Shown here piece after piece: positions 54,878 through 63,759 of a stretch of DNA of 64,000 nt (within the stretch, counting starts at the first letter, position 1; each line of letters opens with the position of its first letter). The notes under the pieces are model-generated. The model worked only from the letters and a program-made list of their open reading frames with translations, made no database searches and was not told the origin of the DNA. The stretch comes from Parcubacteria group bacterium (GTDB taxonomy: Bacteria; Patescibacteriota; Minisyncoccia; Phycocordibacterales; Zambryskibacteraceae): the NCBI GenBank assembly GCA_028286565.1, contig JAQBRH010000002.1, positions 81,876 to 145,875 of the forward strand. The letters are read 5' to 3'. Made by a program: the position numbers and the translations under genes.

Positions 54878-57310
54878 TTATACCACGAGGTTGACAATCT
54901 TGCCAACTACAACAATTACTTTTTTGGGAATGGCCCCGTTGAGCCATTTTTTCGTCTCCGGAAGGGCCAGGGCGATCTCCCTGATCTCCTCTTCAAGAGC
55001 GCCGAAGGACACTTCAAAGGTCGATCTGGTCTTGCCGTTTATCTGGAGAGCAAGGGTTGTTAGCTCGGTGTGGAGTTTGTCTTCATCGAACTCCGGCCAC
55101 GATGCGAGAGAGATCGGATCAGTGTTCCCCGCCTTCGCCCAAAGCTCTTCGGAAACGTGCGGAACAAAAGGCGCAAGGAGCTTTAAAAGAGTTTCAAATT
55201 CTGTTTTGAATACGAATTCTTTTTTCTCGAGCGAGTTCGCATACATCATCAGCGCAGAGACCGCGGTGTTGAATCCGAGCGTCTCGATATCCGTCGAGAC
55301 CTTTTTGATCGTCCGATTTCGTTCGATCTCTCGATCGGCCTCGCTTGCGGTCATCTCCCTATCTCCGACCTTATCAGAAAGCTTCCATACCCGCTCGATA
55401 AATCTGCGCGGACCGATGAGAGCGCCTTCGCTCCATGAGATCGCCTGCTCGAACGGGCCCATGAACATCTCATACAAGCGAAGCGTGTCCGCGCCGTAGC
55501 GTTCGACGATCGAATTCGGGTTCACCACATTCCCGCGGGACTTCGACATCTTCTCTCCGTTCTCAGCGAGGATGAATCCGTGCGAGGTACGCCGGGCATA
55601 TGGTTCGCTCGTGGGCACAAGGCCGATATCAAAAAAGAATTTGTGCCAGAAGCGCGAATACAAGAGGTGGAGGGTTGTGTGCTCCATCCCCCCGTTGTAC
55701 CAATCCACAGGCGTCCAGTGGTCGAGGGCGGCGCGAGAGGCAAACTCTGCATCATTGTGCGGATCCGTGTAGCGCAAGAAATACCATGATGATCCGGCCC
55801 AGTTCGGCATGGTATCCGTCTCTCTTTTCCCCGGTCCTCCGCACTTTGGGCAGGTGGTGTTCACCCATTCGGAAATATTGGCCAAAGGCGATTCGCCCGT
55901 ATCCGTCGGCTCGTATTTCTCCACTTCAGGCAACAGGACAGGAAGATCACTCTCGGGCACAGCGACCATTCCGCATTTCTCACAATGGATGACCGGGATC
56001 GGCTCTCCCCAGTATCGCTGTCTGCTGAATACCCAATCACGCAATTTGAATTTGATTTCTGGTCGAGCAAGATTATGGGCTACACAGTAGTCAATAATTT
56101 CTTGCCTGGCATCTCCTGCTTTCCTTCCTTCAAATTCCTTTGGGAAAGATAAAATTCCCTTTTTCATGTCGGTGTAGCAAACTTCTAGATTCTTTACTCG
56201 TTCTTTCAATCCAGGATCCTCTGGGAACATAACGGGCTTCAGATAAAGGTCGTACTTTTTTGCAAAAGCAAAATCTCTCTCATCATGCGCAGAACATTTG
56301 ACTATACCTGTCCCATAATCTGCCAGAGCATAATTAGCTATCCAAATAGGAAGTTCGCCGTTACCTACTGGGTCAACTGTATATCTGCCTGTAAAGATGC
56401 CTTCGACTTCTTTCACCTCATCATGGCCCTGGAGCATTCGTGCTTGGAGCATCTTGCTTGCGGCTTCAAGAATATCTTCTTTGTTTTGTATTCCTTCTAA
56501 CAGTTTTGATAAAAGGGGGTGATCAGGTGCGATAACAACAAATGTGTCCGCGCAAAATGCTTCAAAATGAGCCGAGAAAGTTTCTATAGAAAGGTTCGTA
56601 TCCTTTACTGGTGAGGTGAACACAAGGCCCGTGCTCCGACCGATCCAATTTCTCTGCTGGGTCTTCACTCGCTCAGAGAAATCAACGAGGTCGAGGTCTT
56701 TGTCCAGGCGGTCGGCGTATTTGGTGATGGCGAGCATCCATTGCTCCTTCTCGCGCTTCTCGACCACCGTCCCGCAGCGTTCGCACTTGCCATCGATCAC
56801 TTCTTCGTTCGCGAGACCTATCTTGTCCTTGGGGCACCAGTTGATCGTCATCTTGGCCTTGTAGGCGAGATCGTGCTCGAGGAACTTTAGGAAGAGCCAC
56901 TGCGTCCATTTATAATAGGCTGGATCGCTCGTGTTCACCTCTCTCGACCAATCGAACGAAAGACCGAGAGATTCGATCTGCTTTTTGAACTTCTGGATGT
57001 TTTCCTTGGTGATGATCGAGGGATGAATGCCTGTTTTGATCGCATAGTTCTCTGCCGGAAGGCCAAAAGCGTCGAAGCCCATCGGATAGAGGACGTTGTA
57101 GCCTTCCATGCGGCGCTTTCGCGAGACCACATCCATGCCTATATACGGACGAGGGTGGCCGACATGCAGGCCTTCTCCGGATGGGTACGGAAATTCGACC
57201 AAAGAATAATACTTTGGTTTATGAACATCATCCGTGGCCTCGTGGATCTTGTTCTTGACCCAATACTCCTGCCACTTAGCTTCGATCTCTTTAGGGTCGT
57301 ATTCTCGCAT
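54878..57310 (-). CDS. leuS: Leucine--tRNA ligase
   Basis: FPYPSGEGLHVGH, SRQRYWGEPIP, KMSKS. Confidence 0.97.
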   Translation of the reverse strand: MREYDPKEIEAKWQEYWVKNKIHEATDDVHKPKYYSLVEFPYPSGEGLHVGHPRPYIGMDVVSRKRRMEGYNVLYPMGFDAFGLPAENYAIKTGIHPSIITKENIQKFKKQIESLGLSFDWSREVNTSDPAYYKWTQWLFLKFLEHDLAYKAKMTINWCPKDKIGLANEEVIDGKCERCGTVVEKREKEQWMLAITKYADRLDKDLDLVDFSERVKTQQRNWIGRSTGLVFTSPVKDTNLSIETFSAHFEAFCADTFVVIAPDHPLLSKLLEGIQNKEDILEAASKMLQARMLQGHDEVKEVEGIFTGRYTVDPVGNGELPIWIANYALADYGTGIVKCSAHDERDFAFAKKYDLYLKPVMFPEDPGLKERVKNLEVCYTDMKKGILSFPKEFEGRKAGDARQEIIDYCVAHNLARPEIKFKLRDWVFSRQRYWGEPIPVIHCEKCGMVAVPESDLPVLLPEVEKYEPTDTGESPLANISEWVNTTCPKCGGPGKRETDTMPNWAGSSWYFLRYTDPHNDAEFASRAALDHWTPVDWYNGGMEHTTLHLLYSRFWHKFFFDIGLVPTSEPYARRTSHGFILAENGEKMSKSRGNVVNPNSIVERYGADTLRLYEMFMGPFEQAISWSEGALIGPRRFIERVWKLSDKVGDREMTASEADREIERNRTIKKVSTDIETLGFNTAVSALMMYANSLEKKEFVFKTEFETLLKLLAPFVPHVSEELWAKAGNTDPISLASWPEFDEDKLHTELTTLALQINGKTRSTFEVSFGALEEEIREIALALPETKKWLNGAIPKKVIVVVGKIVNLVV

Positions 57311-57313
57311 CGG

Positions 57314-57871
57314 TTAGTTAGTCGGTTGTAGATTTCTGAACTTCTTGTAGGCCACCCAGAAAAGGACGAGGAGGGCTATGCCGAGGATGAGGACGCGGAT
57401 CGCGTCGTTCGCATTGCCCCAATACCTCATCGAAGCGATGATGAACGAAAGTACCCCGGCGAGAGAAAGGCCTTGGGAGATCACATCATTGCCTTTCAAG
57501 AAATTCCCGAGGAGAACAAGGAGGGCCCCGATGGAGACAAGAGCGACGAAGATGTTTCGATCATAGGATTTTTGAGCCGTATCGTAGTCTTGTCTGCATG
57601 TGAATTGGGGGTCGCAGTATCCGGCTGTTCGAACATCGATGGTGGTAGCCGGGATTGGAGCAACCTTATCCGTAGCATAGGCATTCCACTGTCCGCCGAC
57701 AGCGACGCATGCATCCTTGGTCAAGATCTCGTTCACCTGCTGGTTCGGGCAATACGCGAGGTAATCAGGAGATTTGTAGACGAGCGAGATCGCATAATTC
57801 AAAAAAAGGTTGGTAACGATCACGATGCCGATAATGACAGACCATTTCAAAACGCGTGGTTGTGTGTTCAT
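57314..57871 (-). CDS. Hypothetical membrane protein (4 TM, Cys-containing loop)
   Basis: TM, C..GGQW...GYCD...C loop, three C-terminal TMs; TATAAT 7 nt before ATG. Confidence 0.8.
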   Translation of the reverse strand: MNTQPRVLKWSVIIGIVIVTNLFLNYAISLVYKSPDYLAYCPNQQVNEILTKDACVAVGGQWNAYATDKVAPIPATTIDVRTAGYCDPQFTCRQDYDTAQKSYDRNIFVALVSIGALLVLLGNFLKGNDVISQGLSLAGVLSFIIASMRYWGNANDAIRVLILGIALLVLFWVAYKKFRNLQPTN

Positions 57872-57967
57872 GATTTGAATTATACTCCAAAACCTCTAAT
57901 TGACAATTCCCTCTTTGAAGCGTAAAAAATAACCAGTATCCTGATCTTTCCTCCTTCCCGCACTCCC

Positions 57968-58348
57968 ATGCACTCACGTATACAGTCTGAAATCCTGGAT
58001 GGTGTCACCGCTGAAGAGGTGAGGCGTATCGTCCAAGAGACCGACGAAATACTGCGCCCGTTCCTGAACGCTGTATCTGATATCCAGCCCTTCATTCTTC
58101 TCGACAGAGCACTACACGATTCAAAAGGTGATATCGCTGGAGAAGCGATTCACCGAGAGCGCATACGTGAAGCAATGCGCTCAATCATTGCGCAAATACG
58201 AACCCCCTCAGAAGTTTTGTCCACGCATGATTACTTTGTCGGGATTCAGGTGTTCGATCAAGTGATCCAGAAGGAGCTTGGAGAAAAGGCGAAGCTGATC
58301 TTTGGAAGATGGCATCCGTCAACTGGAGGTTCATCTTCCTGGAAGTAG
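57968..58348 (+). CDS. Hypothetical protein (orphan cassette)
   Basis: 126 aa; promoter-like TTGAAG..TATCCT; terminator follows. Confidence 0.65.
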   Translation: MHSRIQSEILDGVTAEEVRRIVQETDEILRPFLNAVSDIQPFILLDRALHDSKGDIAGEAIHRERIREAMRSIIAQIRTPSEVLSTHDYFVGIQVFDQVIQKELGEKAKLIFGRWHPSTGGSSSWK

Positions 58349-58354
58349 CAATTC

Positions 58355-58379
58355 AACAGAAGTAATACTTCTGTTTTTT
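58355..58379 (+). terminator. Intrinsic terminator
   Basis: AACAGAAGTA-A-TACTTCTGTT-TTTT. Confidence 0.65.
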
Positions 58380-58417
58380 ATATTTTAAACTCGATCACAT
58401 CTCCATCCTTGACCACG
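58378..58417 (-). pseudogene. Displaced duplicate of the ychF 3' end (att-like remnant)
   Basis: Reads VVKDGDVIEFKI*; 27 bp identical to 58744..58770. Confidence 0.85.
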
Positions 58418-58770
58418 CAATAAGTATCAAGGGCTACCCTCGATACAAATTTGTTTTTTATTAAAAATCGTCACTCGTGTTTAATGCGAGTGACGGGTTC
58501 CAGTTTCATGATCTGGAAATCATCTTCGGTGTATCGATCTTCCCAGGTAGAAGCCATCTTCAACCGAGCGTTGGTTTCTGCCTCGTCATATGTCTCTGCT
58601 TCCACGTCGATCGGACCCCCACCGCCCAAGTGCACAATATTAGATCCATACTCCTGACCTTGAGCGCGGATACGATAATACCCTTTCCATTTCATGACTA
58701 CCTCCTATACTTAGAGAGCGCCTTCCACCTTTATACCTTAAATTCGATCACATCTCCATCCTTGACCACG
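58391..58770. mobile_element. Mini-islet integrated at the ychF 3' end, bounded by 27-bp direct repeats; no integrase
   Basis: TCGATCACATCTCCATCCTTGACCACG at 58391..58417 and 58744..58770. Confidence 0.65.
58471..58695 (-). CDS. Small hypothetical protein (islet cargo)
   Basis: AGGAGG SD; 74 aa; hairpin CGTCACTCG...CGAGTGACG plus U-tract at the end. Confidence 0.7.
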   Translation of the reverse strand: MKWKGYYRIRAQGQEYGSNIVHLGGGGPIDVEAETYDEAETNARLKMASTWEDRYTEDDFQIMKLEPVTRIKHE

Positions 58771-59732
58771 TAGCCCCGGCCTTCGGTTCGTACCCAGCCT
58801 TTTTCGCGGGCCACAGCGTAGGAGCCGGCTTCAAGGAGCTTATCCTGTTCGATCACTTCTGCTCGGATGAACTTATCCTTAAAATCGTTGTGGATGGCTG
58901 TGCCGGCGATGGGAGCGGTCGAATCCTTTTTTGTAGTCCATGCCCTTGATTCGTCTTCTCCGGTTGTAAAGAAGGTGATGAGGTTCAAAAGCTTGTAGCT
59001 CTCGGTGATGAGAGAGTCGAGGCCCGTGCCGAACACCGGATCGATCTTCACGTGCGCTCCGGGAATGCGGGCGGCGACGTCGTCCGCGACGTTCTCCGCG
59101 GCTTCGGAGGTATTCAATATATAAAGGATCGGCTTCATGGTGAGGAGGTGCATCCCCTTTACGAATTTCTTTTCTTCTTCGGTCAGTTCAACTGTATTCG
59201 CGAGTTTGCCCTGCTTGAGCGCTTCGTCGACTTTCTTCAAGGCTTCTTCTTCGGCGACGGCCGCCTTGTCTCCCCTTTTTACATCCTTTTGAAGATTTGA
59301 AAGGCGCTTGGTGACGGTTTCCGAATCCGCGAGCACGAGTTCGAGGTTGATCACCTCGATGTCCGAGAGCGGATCGACCTTGCCGGCGACATGGATGACG
59401 TCGTCGTCCTTAAAAGTGCGCACCATCTCGGCGATCGCGTCCACTTCGCGGATATTTTGCAGGAATTTGTTCCCGAGCCCTTCGCCTTCAGCCGCGCCCT
59501 TTACGAGCCCAGCGATGTCCACGAATTCCACGACAGCAGGGACGGTCTTCGCCGAGTTCGACATCTTCGAAAGCCTTTCCAGGCGGTCATCAGGAACAGG
59601 TACGATGCCGACAGACGGATCGATGGTACAAAAAGGATAGTTCTCCGCCGGGACGGATTTCTTTGTGAGCGCGTTGAAAAGGGTGGATTTCCCCACATTC
59701 GGCAGCCCGACGATACCTATAGATAAAGACAT
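58731..59732 (-). CDS. ychF: Ribosome-binding ATPase YchF
   Basis: GIVGLPNVGKST, NYPFCTI, DIAGLV, TGS domain. Confidence 0.97.
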   Translation of the reverse strand: MSLSIGIVGLPNVGKSTLFNALTKKSVPAENYPFCTIDPSVGIVPVPDDRLERLSKMSNSAKTVPAVVEFVDIAGLVKGAAEGEGLGNKFLQNIREVDAIAEMVRTFKDDDVIHVAGKVDPLSDIEVINLELVLADSETVTKRLSNLQKDVKRGDKAAVAEEEALKKVDEALKQGKLANTVELTEEEKKFVKGMHLLTMKPILYILNTSEAAENVADDVAARIPGAHVKIDPVFGTGLDSLITESYKLLNLITFFTTGEDESRAWTTKKDSTAPIAGTAIHNDFKDKFIRAEVIEQDKLLEAGSYAVAREKGWVRTEGRGYVVKDGDVIEFKV

Positions 59733-59759
59733 CCAGCTAGCTTAGCTGTTTTAGTCTCT

Positions 59760-60398
59760 TCATTCAAGCAAAGATGAATTGAAAAATTCCAGATCCTTTT
59801 TGAAGAGAACTTCCGCCATATGAAAGATCCCGTAGGAGATAAAGAAGGCCGAAAGCACATCGATAGTGTAGTGGAGATGAGCCAAGAGAACCACGACGGC
59901 GAAGAAGATCGATGTGCACAAGAATATCATCCTCAGCCGGCGATCCTTCCAGAACACGAGCGCGAGGAGAAACGGCAGGCCGGTGTGGCCCGAGAAGAAG
60001 AGGTCGCCTCCGAAAACGAAATAGCGGATGAAGCTCGCGGGGTTGATGACCGCGGCGTGCGGGAACGGCCCCAGATGGGTCAAGGTGATGAAGAGCGCGC
60101 GCACGAGCACAAAGAGGGCGATGGTCTTCAGGGTGAAGGGAGTTTTCCTAAGGTTCTTCACGCATACATAGGCGATGAAAGCGACGAGGATCCACGAACC
60201 GTAGACGAATATCTCATCGAGGTCATAGACGGGCACGTTCGAAAGGATGATGTCGGTAACAGGATTCGATGCGCGTTCCGTCGCATAGACCCCGGCGTAG
60301 AAATTGACCACCAGGCTCGCGAGCAGGAGCAGTATCCCCATGACCAAAGAGCGCTTGAGCGAATGATTTTTAAAAAATTGGCTGTATTGTTCGATCAT
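59760..60398 (-). CDS. Sphingomyelin-synthase-like / PAP2-superfamily phosphotransferase
   Basis: About 6 TM; GDLFFSGHT and HYTIDV match the SMS D3/D4 catalytic motifs. Confidence 0.8.
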   Translation of the reverse strand: MIEQYSQFFKNHSLKRSLVMGILLLLASLVVNFYAGVYATERASNPVTDIILSNVPVYDLDEIFVYGSWILVAFIAYVCVKNLRKTPFTLKTIALFVLVRALFITLTHLGPFPHAAVINPASFIRYFVFGGDLFFSGHTGLPFLLALVFWKDRRLRMIFLCTSIFFAVVVLLAHLHYTIDVLSAFFISYGIFHMAEVLFKKDLEFFNSSLLE

Positions 60399-61219
60399 GA
60401 TAGTTTGGCCTTGCCCTCCGGAAGCTCTTCCACAAAATCTTTTATGAAAGCGGCCACCTCGAGGAAATTATTCTTCACGATGATGTGATCCGCTCCTTCA
60501 ATAATTTTTATCTGTGAATGAGGGATAGCCCGGTTCATCAGTATGGAATTTTTGAGAGGAAAATATCCGTCCTTTCTCCCGTGGATCAAGAGGATGGGTA
60601 TCTTTATTTCCTTGAGAAAAGAAGTGTAGTCTCCTCCGAGCGATTGTTCCAGACTATATAAGTATACCCTTAGGCCGGTATTTCGAATATCCTGTATCCC
60701 CGCCCGGATATCCCAATCGCCTTTTTGGGGATGAGCCTTGTAGTCGATATGCCCTCCTCGGCGATCGATGTGGGCAAGGAAGCCCGTCTTGCGGACGGCG
60801 CGGAGAAGAGGCCGCAAGAGAGCGGAAATCACTCCCCGATTTGGAGCCGGGTTCGGACTGAGAAATACCACTCCCGAGACTTCGGCTTGATGGGTCTCTA
60901 GATACTCGAGGACCACAAAGGTGGCGAACGAATGGCTTATGAGGATCGGATCGGCGATATGAAGATGCTTCACGAGCGCATCCAGGTCTTTTGCAAAATG
61001 CCGTATCTCGTATTCGGCATACGCTGCGGGTTTCCGAGACTTCCCGTGGCCGCGCAGATCAAAAGAAAAGACATTGTATGCCTTCCCGAGTTCTTCCTCA
61101 TATTCCGCCCAGGCCGAAGAGCTCCCCGACAGGCCGTGGACGAAGAGGAGGGTCTTCCTTCCCGGCCGAAAGTCATTCATCCGATAATATATGTCCCCGA
61201 ATAAAAGATCTTCGCTCAT
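60395..61219 (-). CDS. Alpha/beta hydrolase (lipase/esterase-like)
   Basis: HGLSG, DLRGHG, SHSFA nucleophile elbow, HGRKD, GADH. Confidence 0.88.
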   Translation of the reverse strand: MSEDLLFGDIYYRMNDFRPGRKTLLFVHGLSGSSSAWAEYEEELGKAYNVFSFDLRGHGKSRKPAAYAEYEIRHFAKDLDALVKHLHIADPILISHSFATFVVLEYLETHQAEVSGVVFLSPNPAPNRGVISALLRPLLRAVRKTGFLAHIDRRGGHIDYKAHPQKGDWDIRAGIQDIRNTGLRVYLYSLEQSLGGDYTSFLKEIKIPILLIHGRKDGYFPLKNSILMNRAIPHSQIKIIEGADHIIVKNNFLEVAAFIKDFVEELPEGKAKLS

Positions 61220-62385
61220 GAATTAAGGACTGAGAAATAGACCCGCTCGAGCTTATCGACGCTCTCTTCGATATCATACTTTTTGGCTACTTCGAGACTT
61301 GCGCCCGCCATGCTGTTGCGGAGATCGCGGTCGGCGATAAGCTTGATCGCCTGCAGGGCCAGGTCTTCCGGATCCTCGGCTTTAAAATGAAAGCCGTTCC
61401 CTTCCACAAAAAACCTTGAAGCACTCATGGGAGCATCGGCGACGATGATCGGCTTGCCGCACGCCATGGCTTCGAGCACGGCCATCCCTTCGAGTTCGGC
61501 CAAGGAAGGAAAAACGAATATGTCGCTTGCATTATACGCGTGCAGCCTATCCTCATCGCTCACAAGCCCGAGGAAATCGACCGACGCCCCAACACCCAGA
61601 CGCCGAGCCAGAAGTTCGAGGCCGGGCCTTGAAGGGCCGGTGCCGGCGATCATGAGGCCGGTATCGGGATGTTCGGCCAGGATACGAGGCATGGCCTTCA
61701 GGAGGGTATCGAGCGATTTTTCAGGAGATAGGCGGCCCACAAAGAGAAGTTTCAAGCCTTCTTTGGACAAGCCGAATCGCTCATGGAAGTCGCCGACCTC
61801 CGCGGACCGAAATTCATCCAGGCTGATCCCGTTGCTCACTACCGCAGACGGAGTGCTTTTTTTGCTTAGTGTCTCAAGCAGGCTTCTAGCCATCTCGGTC
61901 GGATAGAGAATATAAGAGGTCTTCCCATAGAACCATGCGAGATACGCGTTCCAGCCCCTGCCGAGGAACCCCTGCAGGATCTTCGGCAAATGCATAAATA
62001 AGTTTTCAGGCTGGGAATGCGAATGGGCGATCACTTTGATACCCATAACTCCCGCGGCTTTTACCGCGGCGATCGCTCCGGACATCGGCAGAATGACATG
62101 CACTACATCGATCTTCTCGTCTTGAAAAACTTTCTTAAGCTCTCCGACGGCCGGAAAGGCCAGGCGCCAGCCTCCTGATCTAGGCACCGGCAGGCTTCGA
62201 AAGAGATGCGTTTTGATGCCTTGATAGTGAGAGCCAGTGTGCTCTTCGGATCGCGAACCGACGAACACGACCCGATGCCCCCGTTCGGACAAGAGCCGCC
62301 CAAAGCGCAGGGTCGAGACCACTACTCCCGATTTGTTGCTCCCTATCGGATCACACACGAGGGCGATGGAAAGTTTCCGACTCAT
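61216..62385 (-). CDS. GT4 glycosyltransferase (diacylglycerol glycosyltransferase-like)
   Basis: SGVVVS, H.QPEN, SNGI, FVGRLSPEK, ELEGMAVLEAMACG. Confidence 0.88.
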   Translation of the reverse strand: MSRKLSIALVCDPIGSNKSGVVVSTLRFGRLLSERGHRVVFVGSRSEEHTGSHYQGIKTHLFRSLPVPRSGGWRLAFPAVGELKKVFQDEKIDVVHVILPMSGAIAAVKAAGVMGIKVIAHSHSQPENLFMHLPKILQGFLGRGWNAYLAWFYGKTSYILYPTEMARSLLETLSKKSTPSAVVSNGISLDEFRSAEVGDFHERFGLSKEGLKLLFVGRLSPEKSLDTLLKAMPRILAEHPDTGLMIAGTGPSRPGLELLARRLGVGASVDFLGLVSDEDRLHAYNASDIFVFPSLAELEGMAVLEAMACGKPIIVADAPMSASRFFVEGNGFHFKAEDPEDLALQAIKLIADRDLRNSMAGASLEVAKKYDIEESVDKLERVYFSVLNS

Positions 62386-62948
62386 TGGCTTTTTTTATAT
62401 ATGAACACGCCCGCGGCCACAAGAACGGCGGCCACGACCCCGAAGGCGGCAAGAACATTGAGATACGTGTGGACCGTGGCATATGCGCCTCCCAAGAAAT
62501 ACCCGATAAGCGTGAAGACCGCGCACTGAACGAGGCTTACCCAGAGGCAGGTGCGAAAATATTTCCAATACGGCATCTTGAGGATGCCGGCCGTGACAAG
62601 CCCCGCCACCCCGATCCCGTGGACGGTCTTCGAGAATACAAGAAATTTGCGGCGATGTTTTGAGTGATACACGTCGGCCTTGGCGAGCCTCTCCTCGGTC
62701 AGCCCGATCCAGTGTCCGTGCCTCCTCACGAGTGATGCATTCCACCTTCCCAAGGAATAGAACAGGAGATCCCCCGCCAAGTCCGCCGCGACCACCGTCA
62801 GATATACAAAAAAAACATTCAAGTATCCCTGAGAAGCAAGCAGGGCCGCGATGACCGTTACGATAGGGCCTTCGACAACGGCAAGAGGAAAAAGCAGAAA
62901 ATAGCCGTAGCTTGTGATGAGCGGAGAAAGGGCTGAAAGCGGGGGCAT
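62382..62948 (-). CDS. DedA/VTT family membrane protein
   Basis: VEGP, GDLLFYSLGR, AGILKMPY..Y, GYFLG. Confidence 0.9.
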   Translation of the reverse strand: MPPLSALSPLITSYGYFLLFPLAVVEGPIVTVIAALLASQGYLNVFFVYLTVVAADLAGDLLFYSLGRWNASLVRRHGHWIGLTEERLAKADVYHSKHRRKFLVFSKTVHGIGVAGLVTAGILKMPYWKYFRTCLWVSLVQCAVFTLIGYFLGGAYATVHTYLNVLAAFGVVAAVLVAAGVFIYKKSQ

Positions 62949-62960
62949 GATCCTCTCATC

Positions 62961-63722
62961 TTACCCTAAAGTCTCGGTCCGGGGCGCATCCTTCTTTGTG
63001 ATAATAAGGTACCCGACAATGACCAGGATGGCGACGAGGAAGATAATGCTCGTGATGACCGTGCCCAGGCCTAGGCCGCCGGCGTCCGCATCTTGCGAAA
63101 GCCAATCCCCGAGAGAGGCGCCGAGCGGTCGAGTGAGGATATAGGCGATCCAGAACGATACGACTGCGTTTAATTTTAGTTTGAAGTGAGCAAAGGCCGT
63201 GATCGCAATAGCTCCGGCAAAGAGAAGGGCCGACAGCGGATACCCTACGCTGAGCTTCTCGGCGATGAGATCTCCGGCCGCCGTCCCAAGAGCGAAGGTA
63301 AAGAGGATGGCGAGCCAGTAGAACGCTTCGCGGCGCGTGGTGGTAATGCTGTGGATCGAAAGAGTGCCTTCAACTTTGTGCCAAACGGCGAAGACGATCG
63401 CGAGGACAACCGCGAAAACCGCCGTGGTGGTCGTGAGGGATATGCCGAAGTTGTCGATGAGGTTGTCGGTGATGAGCGTGCCGACGATAGAAATGAGAAC
63501 GACGGCGAGCCAGTACAGGCCGGGGATATATTTCCTCGCTCGAAATTGGAAGAAAAGGACGACGAGGAGCAGCCCTCCCATAACGAGGGAAGTGCCCGTC
63601 AATCCGAGATTAAAACTTGTATTGAGAAAATCAGCAGCTGTCTCTCCGACCGTCGTACAGAGCACTTTGATGATCCAGAAATAGAGCGTTATCTCCGGGA
63701 CCTTGTTTAGCATGTTCTTCAT
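62961..63722 (-). CDS. COG4705 / DUF347-repeat membrane protein
   Basis: NKVPEITLYFWIIK..TTVGET.AD, REAFYW, ALGTAAGD, TRPLGAS. Confidence 0.88.
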   Translation of the reverse strand: MKNMLNKVPEITLYFWIIKVLCTTVGETAADFLNTSFNLGLTGTSLVMGGLLLVVLFFQFRARKYIPGLYWLAVVLISIVGTLITDNLIDNFGISLTTTTAVFAVVLAIVFAVWHKVEGTLSIHSITTTRREAFYWLAILFTFALGTAAGDLIAEKLSVGYPLSALLFAGAIAITAFAHFKLKLNAVVSFWIAYILTRPLGASLGDWLSQDADAGGLGLGTVITSIIFLVAILVIVGYLIITKKDAPRTETLG

Positions 63723-63759
63723 ATATGTGTAGAGTATACGCCTAGTTTCGGATACGAAC

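Noticed and set aside
54855-55499. 214-aa plus-strand ORF
   Set aside because: Antisense to the leuS C-terminus
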